Below are positions 56,249 through 64,000 of a stretch of DNA of 64,000 nucleotides, piece after piece. The translations under genes were made by a program, and so were the position numbers. Position 1 is the first letter of the stretch. Each line of letters opens with the position of its first letter. Source of the stretch: the human T2T-CHM13v2.0 reference genome, Homo sapiens; the NCBI RefSeq assembly GCF_009914755.1, contig NC_060925.1; one strand, 5' to 3'. The notes under the pieces were generated by a model. It was not told the DNA's origin. It saw nothing but the letters and a program-made list of their open reading frames with translations, and searched no databases.

Positions 56249-56612
56249 TGTGTTAGTCCATTTTCACACTGCTATAAAGAACTACATGAGACTGGGTAAT
56301 CTGAAAACAAAAGAGGTTTAATTGACTCAGAGTTTCTAATGGCTGGGGAGGCCTCAGGAAACTTACAATCACGTCAGAAAGCGAAGGAGAAGCAAGGCGT
56401 ATCTGACATGGTGGCAGGAAAGAGAGAGCATGCAGGGGAAACTGCCACTTTTAAACCATCAGATCTCATGAGAACTCCCTCTCTATCACAAGAACAGCAT
56501 GGGGGAAACTGCCCCCATGATCCAATCACCTCCCACCAGGACCCTCCCTCGACATGTGGTGGATTACACTTTGAGATGAGATTTGGGTGGGACACAGAGC
56601 CAAATGATATCA
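56249..56612 (-). mobile_element. THE1D/MSTA-like solo LTR
   Basis: ggggaggcctcaggaaacttacaatc...gagatttgggtgggacacagagccaaatgatatca. Perfect TSD CAGAG. Confidence 0.92.
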
Positions 56613-58659
56613 CAGAGTATTCCCAACTTCCCTCTCTTGTCCCTCAATACAGGGCTGTCATTCATTTCACTTATTCATGTACTATAATCATCTAATACAT
56701 AGCTACTGTTATTACTTTGAATAGTTATCTATTAAAGCAATTAACAATAAGAAAAATAAAATATTTTACTTTACCTTAATTTATTCCTTCTTTAATGCTC
56801 TTTCTATCTCTATGTAGACCTAAATTTTCTGACTTACATTATTTTTCCTCTTCCTGAAGAACCTCTTCTTTAAAAATTTCTTGCAGTGCAGGTATACTGG
56901 TGATAAATTCTCTCAGATTTCGTTTGTTTGAGAAAGTATTTCTTCATTTTTTGAAGGATAATTTCATTGAATATAGAGTTCTAGATTCTTTTACTTTCAA
57001 AGGTCTAAATATTTTCCTCTGTTCTCTTTCAGTTTGCATAGATTCTGATGAGAAGTCCGATGTATTTCTTATCCTTGTACCTCTATAGGTAAACTGTTCC
57101 TTTTCCTCTGCCGTTTTCAGGATTTTTGTCTTTGTCTTTCTGCAATATGAAAGTGACATGTCTAGGGATAGCTGTTTTGGGATTCTTCCTGCTTGGTGTT
57201 CTCTGAGCTTCCTGGATCTGTGTTTTGGTGTTATTAATTTTGAAAAATTTCTGGCCTAATGGAATAGTTCTTCTGTTCCCTCTTTCTTCTCCTTCTGGTA
57301 TTCCAATTACCTGTTTGTTGCAACTTTTGAGTTGTCACATGGTTCTTGAATATTCTCTTTCTTATTCTTTTGTTCTTTTTGCATTTCAGTTTGAGAAGCA
57401 TTCATTGACGTATTTTCAGTTTGTGAATCTTCCCTTGCCTATGTCTAGGTTAAGAATCAGCCCATGAAAGACATTCCTCACTTCTGTTACAATGTGGCTT
57501 TTTTTATTTATAGCGTTTTCTTTTGATACTTTCTTAGCATTCGTCTCTCTGCTTATATTACCCATCTGTTCTTTCATGTTGTTTACTTTTTTCATTCTTA
57601 GTTTGATAATTCCAAAATTTTGCTATGTCTGTGCTCTGATGATTGCTGTCTATTTAAATAATTTTTTCTTGATTTTTATTATGCTTTATAATTTTTTGTT
57701 GAAAGCATGACGTGATGTATCAGGTAATAGAAACTGAGGCAAATAGGCCTTTAGTGTCAGATTTTGTGTTAACCTGGCTGGGAGTTGGGCTGTGTTTAAT
57801 GTTTGCTGTGGCTGTAGGTGTTAAAGTCTTCCATTTCCTCGAGTGTACTCATTATTTGTTTCACCTGTTGTTTTTAGACTTCCCTAAAAACCCCTTCTTA
57901 AATAGAATCTGAACATCACAGCTGTTTTATATGTATATAATCTACTGTTATTACACTGGAACCCTGTTGATATGTTGGTGAGGTATGGGGTAAAAATTAT
58001 AGGGTCCTATAATTCTATAACTAAGTGTCAGTCTTTTATTGGGCCTGTGTCCCTGAACTGTGACCATCACAAGTGTTCCTCAGCTTTTTTTCTCCTTAGA
58101 TGAGAGAGGAAGTCTAAAGGGGGTTGGAGTTAGATAATTTCCCTTTCCCCACATCAGACAAAGCTCTGATTAAAGTCATTTCCATTGATGACTGGGCCTT
58201 TGTTAAGGAGAATACTCTGGATATATTTCAAAATTGTTACTTTTCCTTTATCCCATCCAAAAACATGGGATTTTAAAAAATTGACTCTTCACCATGACAA
58301 TTTGATGAGGTTCATGGAGGTAAAACTGAGAAAGTTTGAGGCCCCCAAAACTGCAGCTCTGAGGAGTTTCTCATTTTCATGCTAGTCTATACTTCTAGCA
58401 ATTCATCAGAGTTACCATTTGAGGGTAGATACCAGCTTATGGCTCCAACAGCTTCTGTTCTAGGTAAGCTGACCTTGGCTGTGATTTTTTTGTATTCACC
58501 TATCTCTCCAGATTTTGGTGGTGATTTTTTTTTTCTGTGCCCTTAATTCTCTAGTTACTCTAAGAGAAGACAATGGTTTTCAGTTTTTTCAGCATTTTTA
58601 TTGTTGTAAGGATGGGAGTTCCACTTTTACATGTCAGAGATAAAACTGCAAGTCTTAAA

Positions 58660-59260
58660 TTGTTCTTTTAATGAGTTGGGAAACTCATAGTCTTTGTATG
58701 CCTGAAAAAGACTTCCCCCTATCATTTGGAAGGCTAGTTTAGGTATAAAATGCAAGCTTGTCAGGTATTTTCACTCAGCACTTTGAAGCTACTAGTTTAC
58801 CGTATTTTTGCCTCTATTATTGTTGCTGAGAACTTTTGTTGTCACTCTAGTATCATTCCTTTATAAAGTATCTGTTTTTTCTTCTGGCAGCTTTTAACAT
58901 GTTAGTTTTTTCCTTAATGCTTTACAGGCTTTCTATAATATGTCTTTAGATATAGAATTATTTTTATTTAATCAATTTTTGATATATTTAACGGTATTTT
59001 CTTTAAAAGTGAAAAATTCTCAGTTCTGATCATTTCAATGTTGCATTTCAACAATTATTTCCATGCCCCTTTTCTGAAGCTCCATTAGACTAATATTAGC
59101 TTCTCAGTGTAGCCTCCATATCTCTAAACTGTTCTTTTATACCTTCTAATCTATTTGTTTTTGTTCTTGAGAAATTCTTCTTCATCATCTTTCATTGATT
59201 CTCTGTTTATGTCCATTCTAGAGTTCATTCCATTATGATGGTTTTGTCAATGGGAAAGTT
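58660..59260 (-). mobile_element. Ancient L1ME continuation
   Basis: aggtataaaat...ttttcactcagcactttgaag...tgttgctgagaac. Confidence 0.6.
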
Positions 59261-59379
59261 GTTCTATTGACCCAGAATCTTCCTCTAGTCTTGGTCTGTC
59301 CTCTGAAGACACCCACTCAAATCTGCCTCCAAAAATTCCTTCAGAAATTTGACACTGGGGGTGACAGCTTCTCTTTTTC

Positions 59380-59720
59380 TTTAGTTTAAACAATTAAAAG
59401 TCATCGTGAATGTAAGTAGGTCACAATAAATACTATATTCACTACATAATAATCTCTTGCAATACATTAATGGGAAATTTGCAAAGCAGATTAATATTTA
59501 AATTTTAATCAATAATCTAGATGTGTTGATTGGGAATCTGTTTAGGTGTTGGGCATGGAGTGGGATTCTTGTATTAGCAGAGGGCAGGGAAAGAGTTTCC
59601 CAGTTAATTGCTTCCCAGTTTATCAACTGTGCCTTGTTTAAATAAAACAGATATGAAAACTTTAACTTATATAATCCCTACCTGAAAGGTGACTATTGGC
59701 ATCTTACAAAGAGATTTCAT
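59380..59720. promoter_or_regulatory. Candidate AT-rich enhancer island with a RORE
   Basis: TAAGTAGGTCA 59413-59423; AATCAATA 59507; TTGCAAT; TAAACA; multiple TAAT. Confidence 0.4.
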
Positions 59721-59759
59721 ATAAGTAGCTTGGTAACTCCCCTATGTGCCTCATCTGGG

Positions 59760-60655
59760 TTTCCTTCATTTATTAAATAATACTTTGCTATATGTTCACT
59801 TCATGTTAATACCCTCCCAAGTAGAGGAGATCTGGGGATCAGGGGGTACTGGGGATCAAGACATCATTTCTGCTTTCAAGGAGCTTACAGACTAGTTGGG
59901 TGGGGGGACAAAGATAAGCAAAGAGGCATAAAATACAATGTGACAAGTGCTATAAAGGCGATACCCTGGGTAAGGACATGAACCAAACTATGGATGAAGA
60001 ATGTTTTCTCTGAGAAAGAGACATTTGGGCTGAGATTTGAAGCACAAAGAGCAATCGGGTAATAGGGGAAGTGTGAGAGAATATTTCCAGCAGAAGACAT
60101 AGCATATGCAAAAGGTTGAGGTGAAGTCAAGATGCCATTTAAATGATTTAAAGAAGTGGAGAAGATAACATTCACACAGCAGAAAGGAGAGAGTTGAGGC
60201 TGGAAAGCTACACAGGGGCTAGGTACTGTAAGGTTCTGTAAGTTATGTGAAGATATTTGGGCACCGGGGAGCCCCTGAGGAGGTATAAGCAAGGGAGTGA
60301 CATGAATAGATTTTCTTTTTTGAAATACCCTTCAAGTAGGATATATGGTAGACGGTTGAAATGCCAAAAACTTTCTAATTACGGAGATATGGGATGGGGC
60401 TGGATTAGTGAGGGAGAAGTGGGAGTTAAGGGTGACTTCCAGACTTCAGACTTGGGTGACTGGGTGGGTGGTAGGGATAAAAGAAACCTAGGAGGAAGAT
60501 AAGGGGACATTTGATGAGGGTAGGGATTAGTTCATTTTTAGAGTGATGACCTGTGGGACACACAAGTGGGGATACACATAGAGAGCCGAATGTATGGGTT
60601 TGGAACTCAGGAGAATAATCTGGGCTAGAGATTTAGATTTGGAAACCATCTCTTT
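59760..60655 (-). mobile_element. L2 3' portion
   Basis: ctgctttcaaggagcttacagactag...gagacatttgggctgagatttgaag...ctgggctagagatttagatttgg. Confidence 0.82.
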
Positions 60656-61205
60656 ATAGAGATCTGTATTTCTCAACATTGGTCATGGTGGGATATCTAT
60701 CAGAACACCTTCGCAGAATCTTTCAGAATTATCACAGCACATCTCAGGGTCTGATATCTATTCAATGCTCGTCAGGAGACCTTTTTCTCTCCCTCTCCCG
60801 CAATTGTCAATTTAAAGCTATCAATCTACAGAGCCTCTGCTCCCAATGGCCCCTTCAGCTCTGTTAGGGCAGAAGAAAAGTGGTTGAAGTGGTGAGAGGG
60901 GATGTAATTGTCCATGCAGAATGTGCAGAGAAGAGAAGAGTGGCAGCACCCTGAAGATCCCACTATTTTCATATTCTCACACAACATTTTAGTGGCATTC
61001 CAATTGTATAAAACAGGGTTCAGGTATAGCCTCAGGGACCATCCAGGAGAGGTTATTTGCAGCCCCTCATATAACACTCTGAGGGCCAGACCTAGCTCTT
61101 GAGCAAAGACAGGAATAATAAGTGGCCTTACCCTACAAGCAAGAGAGTCTGGATTTACTTTTGTTCCCACTGATTTCCACTTTAAACATTTGTTGATTTT
61201 CTCAC

Positions 61206-62048
<843 letters not shown>

Positions 62049-62499
62049 AGTAACTGCAGCTAACTGATGCTCAATCATTCAACATGCCTCGGTGGAGCAC
62101 CTAATTTGATCCTGTGTGATTGTGTACAGCTCTGTGAAGACTTTTCTTACCTGCCACCTACTGGTTCTGTTGGCGTGAACAAGATTCTACTTCAGTGCCC
62201 TTGTCCAGAACTTCATATTCCTGCTGGGACTAGAGCTGCCCTAATGCCTCCATTGACTTGGTTGGGCTACTCACCCCTGCTAAGTTCTTTTTAGCCTCAC
62301 ACTTGCTGAGTTCCTGCTTTGACTGGACAAATCACTTGTAATCACTATACATCACCTAGAGCACTTCTCAGCACCTAGGTGTCCACTCTTGGTCACACTG
62401 GACCTACCTGGGTTTGGACACTGGCCTGAAGTGTGCATATGTTCATTGCCTTCCTTTAGACACTGCATTGACAACTGGATGAAGAATTATCCTGACTGC

Positions 62500-62836
62500 C
62501 TGGCTTAAAAAATAATGTATGTCCTCACAGTTCTGGAGGCTGGAAGTCCATGATCCAGGTTTCAGCAGGGTTGATTTTTTTCTGAGGCCTCCCACCTCAG
62601 CTTATTGATCTTCTCCCTGTGAATTTTTGTCACCTTCCCTCTGTATGTGTCTATGTCCTCATCTCCTCTTCTTGGAAGGACAACAGTCATATTGAGTTAG
62701 GGTCTATCCCAATAACTTCGTTTTAACTTAATTATCTCTTTAGAGATCCCATCTTCAAAAACAGTCACATTGTGAGGTACTGGGAGTTAGGATTTTAACA
62801 TATGAATTTTGGAAGGACACAGCTCAGCTCAAAACA
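62500..62836 (-). mobile_element. MLT1A0-like LTR
   Basis: ctcacagttctggaggctggaagtcc...cagtcacattgtgaggtactgggagttagg. Confidence 0.85.
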
Positions 62837-63309
62837 CTCCCCAAATCCCCATGATGCTCAGTCTAGCTTTCTTTGTGTCCCTCTGACCTGTGCATTTGAG
62901 GTCTCCGCATGCTGGACCTCCAAGGCCCCTGAGCTGTAACAGTTAGGTTTACATGAATATTTTTCCCTGCATATCATTTCTTGGTCATTGAGGTGACAGT
63001 GCCCAGTTTTCATTTGTACCTAGTTGGCTTTCATACTTATTAGCAATAATAGTTTTGGTAGTATTTGTTTGCTGAAATGAAGAGGCATGAGTCATGTGAA
63101 TGTAAACTGCTAGGACCAGATCCACATAGCCACTTCCCAGACGGTGCAGTAGCTGCTCTTCCCACATTCAGCCTGCAAAAGGCCAGGGTCCAAGTGGTAT
63201 ATGCTTGGAGGTGGTGCTGCAGGAGGCAGGGTCTATGTCAGTCCCAGAAGAATCACAAGTTTCTCGGATAAGAAGCAGCCAAAGCCCAGGAAGCAGCACA
63301 GAATCACAG

Positions 63310-63480
63310 AATGCTTCAGAGTGAGGTAGAGCTACATTTGATCCCAGCTCCACCAGCTGCTACTATGGCCTTGGGCAAGCCATTTTACTTCTCTAGACCC
63401 CAGTCACCTCATCTGTAAAGCAGGGAGAGAACCTCCTCCCTCACAGAGCTAGTAGTGCCAAGCTCTGTGCCCAGCCCATA
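63310..63480 (+). mobile_element. MIR
   Basis: gccttgggcaagccattttacttctct...ctcatctgtaaag. Confidence 0.75.
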
Positions 63481-63629
63481 TCTCATTGAAAGGAGAACAG
63501 ACTCTGAGCTGGGAAGACAGGAGAGGCCCATCTGCAACCTTTTGGGGATACTGACATCTCATGGAGTGGTTGAATAACATCAGTCTGAAAGCCTATTCAG
63601 AATTTTTTCTTCCTTTAAGCTCCCTCTAC

Positions 63630-63845
63630 TTGTGTGTGTATATACTTGTATATACAAGTACATACAGGATGCATATATAGGATATACGGTATGCATACAA
63701 ACAAGAAGCACTATCCATAGGCTATGGACACACATGAATACACAGAGCACACACATCCATGCACACAGGGACTCGCACATCCCCAGGCCATCCCTCCCCT
63801 ACAGATAGACACATGTGCACAAGTGTGCACATACAGACACTAACA
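63630..63845. repeat. Degenerate (CA/TA) low-complexity tract
   Basis: Direct reading. Confidence 0.7.
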
Positions 63846-64000
63846 CTCCCAGGCCCAGTTCACCATGGCTGTCTCCCTTTATAAAATGAGAGTCTCAGTT
63901 CATCATTATATGGTTTCCAATCACCAGGTCTTGTTTCCCCCACCATATATCTAAAATTAAATACAAAGAGGGGAAAAACCCAAGCCGAGAGTAGGAAGCC

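Overview
Primate (human-like) non-coding genomic DNA. I find no credible protein-coding exon, RNA gene, CRISPR array or prokaryotic system. The listed ORFs are chance frames, low-complexity frames, or Alu/L1/LTR-derived. Roughly 1-39 kb is GC-richer, MIR/L2-rich sequence with about 11 Alus, several MaLR/ERVL LTRs, small DNA transposons, and repeat-free islands rich in homeodomain/FOX/POU/ONECUT motifs that look like developmental enhancers. Roughly 40-59 kb is an AT-rich nest of old L1s. It includes a near-full-length ancient L1M on the minus strand with ORF1 and ORF2 remnants, interrupted by 7 younger insertions. The features most worth follow-up are: (1) a perfect 42-bp inverted templated insertion inside an old L1PA (49192-49233 vs 49922-49963); (2) a two-step local duplication sharing one ~45-bp breakpoint module (9.8-12.1 kb); (3) a 71-bp unique-sequence module carrying FOX and TAATCC motifs, duplicated 1.9 kb apart; (4) a ~110-bp mRNA 3'-end-like retrocopy inside an MLT2 LTR; and (5) a triple-TAATCC/ONECUT/SOX cluster at 23.0-23.35 kb. 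I cannot support a wholly new biological system or name the locus. Repeat subfamily names are from recognition by eye, and boundaries of old repeats are approximate.
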